From the NCBI GenBank assembly GCA_003568945.1, contig BDIP01000051.1:1-36125 (forward strand): a stretch of DNA of 36,125 bases. The letters run 5' to 3'. Every line of letters begins with the position of its first letter. Position 1 is the stretch's first letter. Both the position numbers and the translations under genes were made by a program. Below are positions 1 to 12,757 of this stretch, in pieces. A model generated the notes under the pieces. The model did not search any database. It saw only the letters and a program-made list of their open reading frames with translations, and was not told the origin of the DNA. The stretch comes from Kipferlia bialata (Eukaryota).

Positions 1-15
1 GGGGGGGGGGGGTGT

Positions 16-56
<41 letters not shown>

Positions 57-113
57 GTGAGAGATGAAAGGAAGAGAGTAAGAACACATATATGTATTAT
101 AATACATGTGTAC

Positions 114-1136
114 CTGAAGTTCCTTGCCAGCCTCTCCCCCAGCACCATGGCCCCTGGGGACTCGGGGAGGGAGGTGGACTGGGAGTGAGACGAAGTGTTG
201 ATAGAGAGTGTGTGAGAGAGAGTGGGGGGGGATATGGAACGTGGCTATAGGTGACTCAGGGAGGGAGGTGGACTGGGGTGAGAGGGTGTATAGTGAGAGA
301 GGTAGGAGGGGGGGGGAGAGACAGAGAGAGATGGAACAAAAAGAGACAAGGGAGGGAGGGGAACTGGGGTTGTTAAGGGCTATATGCGATATGAGGGTAA
401 CAAACAATTGTAACCATAATGAACATATATATGTATAGAGAATGAGGGTGGTATGCACAGGATAGTATCATGAAACATATATAGAGGAGATGGGAGGTGT
501 ATATATCAGAAAGGTAACAACGGAGAGAGATGGGAACGACAGTTATATGCAACAGGGTAGAATAGAGAAGGGAGGGGGTATAAATACAAGGAGGGGATGC
601 ATCATCATATAACATACAGTGTACGAGAGAGAATGAGATACACTCATACACACACACTCATACACATATACACAGAGCATGCTCAAGAGATAGGCAGGGA
701 TACCATTCACATGTGACAAGATGAAGACAGGGAACAGAAGTATATACACAGGGGAGGGAGTGGTGTGGTGCCTATCATTCTGTCATGCCAGTATACACAA
801 TAGGAGAGAGAGGGGTCTCCGTCAGTGAGTGACGGATAAGCTGTGATGGATATGAGATCGGTACCGGTACCAGACAAACCACTTCCATCCAACATCCAAC
901 ATGCACACACTCCCACCCACCTGTTGCGCCAATAGGTACGACACCCCATTGGAACGTCGCCTAGTATACCCCATGTGTCAGATAGAGGGGATTGCCGATA
1001 TCAAGGGTCTCTCTGTCTATGCGCAAGAAGGAGGCTCTGTACGGGCTCTGTGATTCCACTGAGGGATGTGCAAGCAGATCCACTCTAGCACTTCACCTGT
1101 CTCTGTATGTATAGAGTCTCTGCTGCCTCTCCTGTC
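114..1136 (-). CDS. Partial multi-exon hypothetical protein running off the left end; exon structure uncertain
   Basis: GC-rich segments flanked by AG/GT on the minus strand at 114-153 and 921-960, with further candidates at about 995-1085 and 1097-1136. One reading gives LRIDRETLDIGDVPMG, reminiscent of an ASH/Ig-like strand, but needs a GC donor. Start not resolved. Confidence 0.35.
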
Positions 1137-1457
1137 GTGCTATGTCACACTGAAAGGGGACTTGCAAGAGACCGCGCAAATGCGGCAGGATAAGAGCTGT
1201 TTTTGAGTTGTACATGAGAAAAGGGTGCAGTGACTTGAGCCAGATAGATACAGCAGTAGCGTCGCCCAGTACGAGCTAAACCCGGTAAATGGCCTAATTC
1301 CATGCGTACTAGATCCATAGAAACACACAAGGAGCCTCTGGACGGCTGGAACGGGAGAGGACCGGTTGAGATACTTCCATTGACTCGACTGACCATATCA
1401 GATATTCTTAATCTGATGAGCCTCAGACTCCTCTCTTCCTCAGGTACCTGTATCAAT

Positions 1458-3824
1458 ATGCTTGCCTCCCTCCGCTCCGTCCGCCCCTCCCTCTCTGCCC
1501 TGTCTGCATGCTTCAGCGTGTCCTTCTGTGACGACACGGAGCTGGCACACATGCTGGGGAGGTATGTATCATGTGGACACACATATCTGTATGTATAAAG
1601 GCAAATATAGGCATGGGACTGCCTATCACGTAATACTGGTTGTTTCCGGTGTGTTATAACTGTGTATAGCTATATTTTAGCTTTATCCCACCCCCTGTTG
1701 TGTGGGAGGTGATTGTTGAGTTGGCACAGTTTGATACCGGTACCGTCTGTTGACTTTGTGGATCTATCCATGTTTCACCCCCACACCTCTCTAGGTGTCT
1801 TCCTAGGGTTTTTTTATGTCTTGTAACTGTCGCAGCATTGACTCTTATCTGGTTTCGTGTCTCTTTGATCATCGTTGTCTACTGTTTCTCACTCGTCAAT
1901 CATATCACGTTTGTCATCTACTCAATCTCCTCCAATACACTATCACCCTGAGCATACTGTACCATATGCCTCTGTGTACGCTATATCCTTCTCATTGGTG
2001 CCCTCGTCAGACTTATCTCACCCCCATTATGTTGATGTGTCTGTTACCAGGTACCCCGACCACACTGCCTCTGCCATATTGAAATATATATATATGTGTA
2101 CATAGCAATACCATGTATATGCATACATATAGATACTGATACTGGTACTGATACCCAGGTACCCCGACCACACTGCCTCTGCCATATATGTATGTACACA
2201 CACATATTTGTATAGATATCATATACCATGTGTATAGATACATACTGATACTGATACCCAGGTACCCCGACCACACTGCCTCTGCCGTTGTGCCCCTCCT
2301 CCTGATGGCATCTGAGAGGTAGGATGGGTGTGTATATGTATATATATATATATATGTGTGTGTGTACATTGGTGGAGGGAACGGCTCATATTATCTCTTC
2401 GTCTGGTAGGTAGTGAGACAAGGATATAGAGATTATTACATTCTCTCTCTACAATGCACACCCACTCCCTTTACCTCTCTAACCCCTTACAGTGTCTGTC
2501 TCTGTGTATCTCTCTGCAATGCATACTCCTCCTCCTCACCCCAGGACCGGCATCACCGACGAGGTCATCGCTGAGATTGCCAGGGAGACCGGGTCCAAGG
2601 CATCAAAGTGAGTGGATACTATATACTGTATATAGTGTATAGTATATATAGTATATATATATATATATAGTATGTGTGATTGCCGAGATTGCCAGGGAGA
2701 CTGGGTCCAAGGCATCAAAGTGAGTATATTGGGTATATAGTGTATGTGGTGTAATATATTTTTATAGTATATATATATCATGTGTCATTGCTGAGATTGC
2801 CAGGGAGACTGGATCNNNNNNNNNNNNNNNNNNNNNNNNNNNNNNNNNNNNNNNNNNNNNNNNNNNNNNNNNNNNNNNNNNNNNNNNNNNNNNNNNNNNN
2901 NNNNNNNNNNNNNNNNNNNNATATTTATAGTATATATATATCATGTGTCATTGCTGAGATTGCCAGGGAGACTGGGTCCAAGGCATCAAAGTGAGTGTAG
3001 AGTGTATAGGGATTATCTTGGTGTCAATCCCGTCTGGTAGAGTCTCACCCCCAGGGTGTCTGCCGCCACCGACTTCTACCACATGCTCAACAGACACGCA
3101 CCCCCCAAGCACGACATCAAGGTAGGAATGGGCGGTGTCAGTAGTGAAATATTGTATTATCATTGCATAGGGAGTTTGTAATCCCAATAGCAACACTAAG
3201 GTGGGTAGTGTATATAGTGTATATAGTGTATTTGTATGCAGTCCCTCACTGCAGATCTGCACCTCCCCCTCCTGTGCCCTTGGTGGCTCTGAGGCCCTTC
3301 TGGCCGAGATCCAGGCCAAGGCCGACATCTGCAACGAGGGTATGCATACTGTTGTATATGTATATACTCATATGCTCTACCCCATCTCTTACTCCAGGCA
3401 TCCCCGAGGGTGATGCCCTGCTTGTGGGTATAGTATATATATATGTGCATACTATTGAATATGTATATACTCCTATGCTCTGCCCCATCTCTTACCCCAG
3501 GCATCCCCGAGGGCGATGCCCTGCTTGTGGGTGTGGGTGAGTGTGAGTGCCTGGGCGCATGCTGCTCTGCCCCTGCTGCCATGGGTGAGTGGGTGCACTA
3601 TATATACTATGATTCATATTTTTGTCTCTCTCTTTCTCTCTTTATATAGTCTAATCCTCAGTTGACGGCTGCATCCAGGACCACCTATCTCTCTCTCACA
3701 CACACACGTTCTCTCTCTCTCTCTCAATATATATATATATGTATTTTGACCCCCAGTTGATGGCTACATCAAGGACCACCTGTACATGGGGGACCTCGAC
3801 ACCATATTCGAGTCCTGCTGCTAA
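1458..3824 (+). CDS. nuoE: NADH dehydrogenase 24-kDa [2Fe-2S] subunit (NuoE/NDUFV2), probably targeted to a mitochondrion-related organelle; 7 exons, 175 aa
   Basis: Exons 1458-1561, 2262-2318, 2545-2607, 3055-3121, 3255-3339, 3501-3584, 3757-3824 join in phase: MLASLRSVRPSLSALSACFSVSF...RYPDHTASAVVPLLLMASER...VSAATDFYHMLN...ICTSPSCALGGSEALL...ECECLGACCSAPAAMVDG...CC*. The C-x4-C and C-x3-C (CLGAC) cluster ligands and the FY motif match the NuoE family. Confidence 0.93.
2048..2286 (+). repeat. Three copies of the NuoE intron-1 acceptor plus exon-2 start (two intronic echoes and the real exon)
   Basis: CAGGTACCCCGACCACACTGCCTCTGCC at 2048-2075, 2156-2183 and 2259-2286; only the last continues into the full exon. 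Confidence 0.95.
2564..2996 (+). repeat. NuoE exon-3 3' end plus donor, repeated at least three times inside intron 3
   Basis: GAGATTGCCAGGGAGAC[CT]GGGTCCAAGGCATCAAAGTGAGT at the real junction (to 2613) and at about 2680-2725, 2785-2815 (runs into the N gap) and 2947-2996. Confidence 0.95.
2816..2920. other. Assembly gap (N run) within a repeat array; a second small gap lies at 9021-9029
   Basis: Run of N in the sequence. Confidence 0.99.
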
Positions 3825-4242
3825 ACAGGAGAGAGACTGTGGAGTGACTGTAGAGTGACTCTGTGATAGGATATGACTGAATAGATGGATGGGTGTAGTG
3901 TGTATGGGTACTTGAGTCACTCAAGTACACTCAATGAGTGTTTGTACACACCTTCCCTGACACACACTCGAGACATGCCGTTGGACGGATACGTCATTCA
4001 CTACGACTGCATGTCTTTCTCACCAGAGTGTTATATTGACTATTTATTACATATACAGGCCCTGCCCTCCTCCTATAACCATTAGACACAGTCCATGGCA
4101 TAGAGAGGGGGCAGGGGGTGGGGGTGCGGTAGGTGCAGTGTGTGTGTGTGTGTGTGTGTGGAGGGACGCCCTAGCGTGGGTGTCTCCTCCCATTCCACAC
4201 ACCCTACACCACAGCCTCTCTCTCTCTCTCTCTCTACCCCCT

Positions 4243-4874
4243 TTACTGGCTCTCCACCACAGACTCCAGCACCTGGGTCAGCTGCTCCGCCTGCTCCTCC
4301 CTCTCGGCCCTCTCCCGGGCAATCTCAGCCTCGACCTGGGGGGTGAGGCATTGCACTATTCACAATATCTATACACACACTGTATATACCTGGTGGTGGC
4401 CTGTCTCGATGTCCCTGAGTGCCCTCTCCACCGACTGCATCAGCCTCTCCACCCTGCCAGACAGGGTGGTGGACCTGCGCTCAATGTCCTCGAGGCGGTG
4501 GGAGGTGTGGCCGTCCTGGGGGTTAGTATACGTGTTACACACAGATATAGTATATACAATACATACATATTGCATACCTGCTCCTCCTTGGCAAGGGTGA
4601 CTGGCAGCATATATATACATATACATATATACATAATAATACACAGTATATACTATATATGAATGTACCTGCTCCTCCCTGGCGAGTGTGACTGGCAGCA
4701 GCTTGTAGTCAACCATGCGCTGGAACACCTCGCGGCCATCCCTAGGGGGTGAGGTGTATGTGTACATGTATTTAATAATATATAGAATATATACATATAT
4801 ACACATTCATACCTGATGAAGACCAGTGCCTCGTTGATCATCCTGACACGCTCCTCGTCCTCCTTCTCCTGGGG

Positions 4875-4907
<33 letters not shown>

Positions 4908-6390
4908 TGTGTGTGCCCATACACATGCCCTCCCACCTTCTCCTGTCTGAACTGCTCGTACTCAGCCTTGAAGTCGAGGAGGGACTGGCGCACAGAGTCC
5001 CACAGCCTGGGGGGTCAGGGGGAGGGAAAGAGAGACAATAACAAGTAGGATAACATGTATGAACAAATGGAAACCCACCTTGTGTCCTTCTCTGAGGCAT
5101 CGTTGTGGTAGTTCTCGAGGAACTCAGCCATCTCGGCAAAGTGAGAGGTGGCACGGGACTGGGGAGAAGGAGGGATACATAAGTGGGATAGAGGTACATA
5201 CTATACACACATACCTTGAATGCCTCGAACCCCTCCCTCTGGCCTGTCAGCTGTGTGTCGAGGGCTGTGATGGAGGTGTCGAGAGAGGCCATCCTCTCCT
5301 GGGCAGCGGTCAGGCCCTGGGGGTGAGGGGGGGTATGCATATATGGGTATGGGTATGTGTGTACTGGGGGTGAGGGTACACTCATACACAATGCTGGCAG
5401 GTGCGCCATATACATAAATGTATACACTAATACCTACTGCCTGGTCTCCTCTGCTGTGATATGCATATATATTTTATATGTATAGTGTTATATATGGATA
5501 TCTATATACATATCCATACCTGCTGCCTGGTCTCCTCGGCTGTGATGAGGGCCTTCCTCTGGTTGGCAATGGCAAGCTCTGGAGGGTGAGGGTGTGTGTG
5601 TGTGTGTGGGAGAGAGAGAGAGAGAGAGAGAACGAAGCCAGACACTGATGAAACACCCTGGTCACACAGTGCATATACACATATTCATACTATACATACC
5701 GCACTGCAGGAACCTCTGCTCGATCCTCATGGCAAAGGGTACTAACAATATATATATATATATATAATACATATAAATACTATACATACCGCACTGCAGG
5801 AACCTCTGCTCGATCCTCATGGCAAAGGACCTGGCAAACTCAGCGTTCATCTGCCTCTGGGGGTGAGGGGGCATGGAATAATATAAATAACATATATACA
5901 TGTAATATAATGAATACACACATATATATATATATATAGTACCCAAATGCCCATACCTGGGATGTCTCCTCGGCAGCCACGCTGGTCTGCAGAGAGCGGA
6001 GCTTGGCCTCAAGCTCACCGACCTAGAAGTAAGAGAGACTGGGAGAGAGAGGGTAAGGAGAGGGGACACAGTGTATCAGGACTTGCCGCGTAATGATACA
6101 GTGTGAGAACACACATATACATATATCCATACATCCCCCACCTGTCCCTGCTGGGAGGCCAGTGTCTCCTGCTGGCCATCGAGGATGGTGCGGGTGGAGT
6201 TGAGCTGGGACTCGAGGGAGGCAGAGGTCACGGTCTCCACCTCGGCAGCTAGGTCGTCCTGCTTCAGAGCAGAGGAGGCGGCAGCGCCGGAGCCCTCAAG
6301 CCTGCTCTGGAGGGACAGGAGCCTCTGGGAAAGGGGGGAGTCAGCTGGAGTAAGAACGGTGAATGGCCGGAAGTATACGTTTCTAAGCAT
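4243..6390 (-). CDS. Coiled-coil protein, SF-assemblin/beta-giardin-like; about 12 exons
   Basis: In-phase exons give MLRNRLLSLQSRLEG...VGELEAKLRSLQ...LWDSVRQSLLDFKAEYEQFRQEKEKEDEERVRMINEALVFIRDG...VEAEIARERAEREEQAEQLTQVLESVVESQ* (TAA 4243-4245). EDEERVRMINEAL and the C-terminus resemble beta-giardin segments as I recall them (DDDTRVKMIKDAI; EEIDREKAERKEAEDKIVNTLEDVV). The start may instead be 6441. Confidence 0.7.
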
Positions 6391-6732
6391 CAAGAACAAC
6401 GTGGTAGAGCATAATCCCAGTGAAAACACTCGAGATAGCATGGACTGAGGCTATAGAATGAAACAATACCTCCAAGCAATTCTAGACGTCATAAAAGACA
6501 CCTGGAAGCTAAAGAAACCTCCAAATACCACCACACTAAGAAATAATGCACCAGCAGCCAGATACATACCCATTTTCAAGGATAAAAGTGAACTGACTCC
6601 AATCATCATATTTGCTCCGACGGAACCCTTTTGCATCGGTTTTTGTTTCTTGCCTAGCCCCTTTCTATAGGCTTCGCAAAACACACAAATGATAGTATCA
6701 GTGGGCGCCACGCTTCTCGAGTCGATCTAGCA
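6391..6732. promoter_or_regulatory. Probable bidirectional promoter region between divergent genes
   Basis: About 340 bp of non-repetitive spacer between two head-to-head start codons. No specific motif identified. Confidence 0.4.
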
Positions 6733-9160
6733 ATGGAGAGGTCCACATCCATCGAGAAGACAAAGTCCGAGGTCAAGAAGAACCTCAAGCCCTTCGAGCA
6801 GTACGTAGGAAGTGTATACTGTGTTTGGGAGCTGCAGTGACGTGTGACCTGCGAAGCTTTGTGTTTTGGCCTCTAACCTCCAGCTGGCTCACCTTCTGGG
6901 CCGATGGTCTCTTCTTTGAGAACAAGGTCTCCTTTGGCGCCTTCATTGCCGTCGATCTGGCCATCATCCTTGCTCTGATCAAGATCTCCTTCCCCCCTCT
7001 GTTCTGCATTGTCCTTGCATGCATCGCCACCCCTCTCCTCAAGTACGGTCACCCCCATGTATATCGACGCTTCTCTACCTCCTTGCTGCTGTGACCTCTC
7101 TCTCTCCCCTGCCTCTGACCGCTAGGGAGGGCCTTGTGCGCTCCTCCGCCCGCCTGTTCCCCCAGGGCTACACCCCAGGCCACGAGGGTGCTGGGTTCGA
7201 CAACATCGCCCTGGTAATCGCCACAGTCATGTTCCACGTCAGGAAGGAGGTGTCTAGGATGAAGGTATGGGGTGGTATGGACATGTGTATCATATGGGTG
7301 TACACGGTGTTGACGAGTGGTGACTGTACACCATGGGAGGTTGGGTGCGTGGGTGGATGTGTGTGTATGTGTGGTATTATTATCTACCCATTAGTATGAA
7401 GTCTGTGAATACTATTAATGACGGATACTGTGTGTTTTCTCACATGACGTTCTATCGGTGTAGAAGTGGATGGCACACATTAGTCATCTCATTCAATACA
7501 TCCCCTACCAATCTCCTTCTCCATTCCTCCCTCACCTTCTATCCCCCCCCCTCACCTCTCAGACCATGCGCGAGAAGAAGTTTGGCAAGTACGTCATTGT
7601 GGCCGCTGTCGTTGCCGTGTGTGCCCTGTTTGTGACATACATCCTGCCCCTCAAGGCACTCGTCATCCTGGCTCTCATCGCTCTCGAGGTACCCTCAATT
7701 AGATATATATAATTAGATGTCTACATGTGTAGTGTGAGACATATATTTTTTTGGCACTCGAGGTGTGTAATTGTCATTTATACTCATTTCTCTCTTCCTA
7801 TACACCCTCTCCCTTAACTCTAGGTTGTGCCTGTGTGCTACAGGTACAAGATCAGTATCAGTATCAGTATCAGTACTCCCTCTCCCTTTACTCTAGGTTG
7901 TGCCTGTGTGCTACAGATACAAGATCCACGAGATGGCCATGGAGGGGGCCAAGAAGTCAATGGGGTATGGATATATATGGATATATATATATATAGATAG
8001 ATAGTTTGTAGTGCCCATGTGTCCCTCCACACCCCTCACCCCCAGACCCCTGATGGCCAAGGCCAAGACAGCCTCTGCTGACAAGCTGGCAGAGCTCAAG
8101 GTATGGATATACGGTGTAATAGTATCTATGGTATATATAGTATATATGTATTGGTGAGAGATGGAGGGACTGTCTCTGCTGGCAGAGCTCAAGGTACGAG
8201 TGGATATGTATATATATATATTCATAAGTATATATATACATGTGCATTAGTATGCATCCTGACCCCCAGACCTCCCTGGCCAACATCAAGGACAGGATCC
8301 CCAAGCAGGGCGCTGAGAAGCCAGTGGTCAAGAAGGTATGGGTGTATATATATATATATATATCAAAATCGATGTATATAAAGATAGACATAGCCAGTGG
8401 TCAAGAAGGTATGGGTATATGTGTATGATGATACTCTCATGTAGTGATAACCCCCCCCCCCCCTCACCGCAGTCTGTGCCCGAGCCCGTTGCCGAGGAGG
8501 CCTCGGAGGAGGAGGAGCAGGTACAGATAGGGTATTGTATATAGTATGTGTATAATACTATACAGTGTAGTATTGGTTGGATATACACTCCATACATACC
8601 AAACATACCCTGATTGTATAGGTGGTTGGGGGAGAGAGGGAGGGAGAGGGTGTGGAGGTTAGACAGCGCATGCCCTACAGCCCCACTCACCAGAGCATGA
8701 CAATATAGGTATACATGCATTGCATCCATATATGGTACTAAGTATATATACATTTCCATTCTTACCCCCCAGGCCCCCGAGCCCGTTGCCTCTCCTGAGT
8801 CTGAGCCCGAGGTAGTGGTGACACCCACCCCCGAGGTAGAGGAGGTGCCAGTGCCAGAGGCCCCAAAGGTGGGTATATGTATAGTGATGATGTGTATGGA
8901 GATATGGATGTGTGGTGGATGTATCTGGGTACTGTCTCTCTCTCTCCCCCTTCCCCCCTCATACTAGGCCGAGGAGTTCTCTGAGTATCTCTCTCTCTCT
9001 GTCTGTCTCTCTCTCTGTCTNNNNNNNNNAGTTCTCTGAGTATCTCTCTCTCTCTGTCTGTCTCTCTCTCTGTCTCTCTCTCTCTCTGCACCCCTCACCC
9101 CAGGCCGAGGAGTTCTCTGAGGACGATGTGGCTGACACCATCGGATCCCCATCCTTCTAA
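6733..9160 (+). CDS. Reticulon-homology ER membrane protein, ARL6IP1-like, with an acidic Pro/Glu-rich C-terminal tail; about 10 exons
   Basis: Spliced: MERSTSIEKTKSEVKKNLKPFEHWLTFWADGLFFENK-[hydrophobic hairpin]-SARLFPQGYTPGHEGAGFDNIALVIA...MKTMREKKFGKY-[second hydrophobic hairpin]-...PEPVAEEASEEEEQ...AEEFSEDDVADTIGSPSF*. The layout parallels ARL6IP1. Confidence 0.75.
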
Positions 9161-9166
9161 GTACAG

Positions 9167-9198
<32 letters not shown>

Positions 9199-9553
9199 CA
9201 TGATCGACTTGGAGTCTATGATGCTGGAATATAATAGAATGTTCATTTGTTGTCAGTGGAGATGGGTGGGAAGCTTGAGGCTGAATAATACAATATGAAA
9301 CACATTACTTGAATAACATAGTGTGTGAGTACACATTCGTCTATTCACGCTATTCTATTGTAGTTTCAGATGATATCACACCGTCTCCACTTCTAAGGAG
9401 AGTGCATCGTTGCAGTGAGAGCAGTACTATACACATCTAAACATCGTCTAGCAACACTGAGTGTTAATCACTCTCTCTACATCTGCACCACCAGTGTCTG
9501 TATGCTGTTCATGGGCACAGTATCAGTGTCAGTATCATAGGTAGATACACTAT

Positions 9554-12500
9554 TTACATCTCAATGACAACAGTCTGTATGCTGTTCATGGGCACAGTGG
9601 TCTGGAACATGAATGTGTCGTTGACTGAGACGCGCATGACCCTGGGAGTCAGAGGGAACATATGAATGTATCTACATTCACATATATATATATATATATC
9701 CATCCCCCCTACCTGTCGTAGTTCTGTCTGTTCATCAGCACCATCTTGGCTGTGCCTGTCAAGGGGTCAACCACAGCCAGGGACTCGACATCGTCCTTCA
9801 TCTGACAGTCTACAGTGAGTCAAGGTGTGAACATATATATATAGAGTATATACAATGTATAGACTCAAGACTCATTTGTCATTGGGTAGGCAGCTAAGGT
9901 AAACTCTTCTAGACTAACAGCACAATAACATAGTATACAGCCGTATATCAACAGCAATAACAGAGAACACAGTGCCGTCGGTCATCTGGCAGATCCATCA
10001 ATTGAATGAAAATGCATATATGTATTCACCCCCATATGTCTTGAACACTCAGTCCCATATATGTATAAACTATGTAGTATATAGAAGTGAATTATAGTAC
10101 ACCCAAACCTGTTTTCAAGACCATGTCCCCCGGTCTCATGTGCTTGGAGAAGTGGCCCAGATAGTACAGGTTGGGTCTGGGGTCAGTGTCATGTAATGCA
10201 TATTATCATACACTTATATAGATAGTAGAAGTATGTATATAGAGAGGCCAGCCCGTGTAGTACAGGTTGGGTCTGGGGTAAGCATCATATTATGAATATT
10301 ATCATATACATACCATATAGTATATATATATAACAGTAGTAAACATAAAGAGAGGTATTACAGGTTGGGTCTTGGGGTAGATATCAATGTTTATCTCTCT
10401 ATCACTGTATACACATCCCCTTGCCTAGCCTCTATGTCTGTGTACAGCTCAAATATACAGATTGTAAGTATATACACACTGGTATGTGCATCTATCTACC
10501 TAGCCTCGATGTCTGTATACAGCTCATTGGCTATGATGGGGGCATCACACGAGTTGGCATTCTTGTTGGGGCCTGGGGTGAGTCTCTCTCGATATATAGA
10601 CACATACTATCACCACGCATTCCCAGTATCCCCCTCTGTAGTCCAGCATGTTCCAGATATATATATAGACTCCTCATAAACATATATATGTGTTGTATCA
10701 TATGTATGCTTGGAGGTACTATATATACACTATCCACCCACCCCCTGTGTAGTCCAGCAGCATGTTCCAGACATATGTATATACCCATTCAATATATAAT
10801 ATGCACATCTATATTGTCTATGTCTATATTTATACACTATAAACTATCCACCCACCCCCTGTGTAGTCTAGTAGCATGTTCCAGATGACCCAGGACTGGG
10901 CACCGCTCCTACAGGGTGAGGGTGAGGTACATCATGGTGATACATATGATATATATATATAAATTCACGATTTTACTATTCAGCATCCTGGGGGTGAGAT
11001 GTATATATGCCTATATATGTACATACATACCTATAGTGATATATATAAACCCTCACCTGATGTCCCAGAGTATGTCCCTGTATGTATCACTCTCTCTCAC
11101 CAGTCACATCCATTATCCATATATTCTGATATACACCCTACACTCTATACCTAATGTCCCACAGTATATCATGCCCCACGGCCTCTGCCCTACTCCACAG
11201 GGTGTCAGAGTCAGACGTGAAGGGGCAGGAGCAGGCCTGGGTAAGGTATGTGTATGTTGGTATCAAATGTATATATAACGAAGCAGAATATACATGAATG
11301 GGGATAAGGTGAAGGGACAGGAGCATGCATTTGTTGGGGGTATACGGAAACTTCTATATATACATAGTACATGTAGACCATATCTCGTTAATTAGCATCA
11401 GGGTGTCTTTGGCCACATATGTATATATAGAATTAATACATCTATATCTATCTATACCCATCCCTACCTCTGTCCCCATAAGCAGGGTGTCCTTGGGGTT
11501 CTCACTCCACCTGGCTGTCAGAAACGCGGTATGCAGTCATACTGTACCAACCATATTGTCTATGACATTTTGTATATATGTATATATATACTATAATGTT
11601 GTCATATATCCTACTATATATATGGTACTATCATACCTGATGGTCCATGCCACGCTGTTGACATCCTCAAACTCAGCATCAGTGGTCTGGGGTGAGTAAT
11701 GATAGAGGCATCAAACACACACACATGTATGGACATGGATACACTTCCTCACCTTGAGCCAATGATTATTATTATATATAGACTTCGTTCACATGTCTGT
11801 TCCGTACCTTGTACCAGTGGAATGCCACTCAAGCAGTACATGTTCATAAATACACATGTATATGTATATATATATATAGATACACAAATATATATATAAC
11901 TACATCCACCCACCTTGTACCAGTGGAATGCCACTCCGTCTGTATACATGAAGATATACATACATGTATCATGTCTATATACACTTGCTCTCTGTATGTA
12001 CACCCACCTTGTACCAGTGGAATGCCACTCCGTCTGTGTACTCACCAACACCTGGGGTGAGAAGAGAGAGTGGGCGTGTCGAGAGAGTGCTAATGGGACA
12101 TGGCAAATGCCGTGTGTATGTGACAGCAGTACCATTAGTGACAACACACCTGCCACACTGTGATATGCCTCAGTCCATCGCCAAACACACACATGTATAT
12201 GTACATATATATACCATACATATTTACATACCTGGCACACTGTAGTATGCCTCTGCCCACTGCAGGATGTCCTTCTTGTCATGGTCGAAGACAAGGACCT
12301 GGGGGTGAGGGGGATAGGTGTATATATAAATACACACACACACTGTGTATATACTATGTACTATGTATATAGTATGGGCATGGTGTATGATGTCCTTCTT
12401 GTCATGGTCAAAGACCTGGGATTAGTGGGAATGGTGTAAATGTATGAATTATTCCACATGGATGAGTACAATCCGGTCTATACACCAATGCCTCGATGGC

Positions 12501-12705
12501 TGTCAATATATATGTCTATCTAAGTATACCTTGATGTCTGTGCCGTTGTCCTCGTTGTAGGCCTGGATGGCAGGGCATGGGGTGAGAGGAGAGAGAAGTA
12601 TGTGTATGTATATATTATACATAATATACACATATTAGTATAATCAATATCATACATACATCTGTCTGGATGGCAGGGCATGGGGTGAGAGAGGTGTCTG
12701 GGTGC

Positions 12706-12757
<52 letters not shown>

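Noticed and set aside
1..55. Poly-G tract as a G-quadruplex or telomere-like element
   Set aside because: A homopolymer at the window edge. Similar G runs occur inside introns and may be low-quality sequence; there is no telomeric repeat unit.
1302..1457. Upstream in-frame extension of NuoE (ORF from 1302)
   Set aside because: The ATG at 1458 gives a typical presequence start; the upstream part has no NuoE similarity. Not excluded without 5' transcript data.
2048..2996. Repeat-spacer-repeat pattern resembling a CRISPR array
   Set aside because: The repeats are copies of adjacent exon ends in a eukaryotic gene, the spacers are TA-rich and variable in length, and there are no cas genes.
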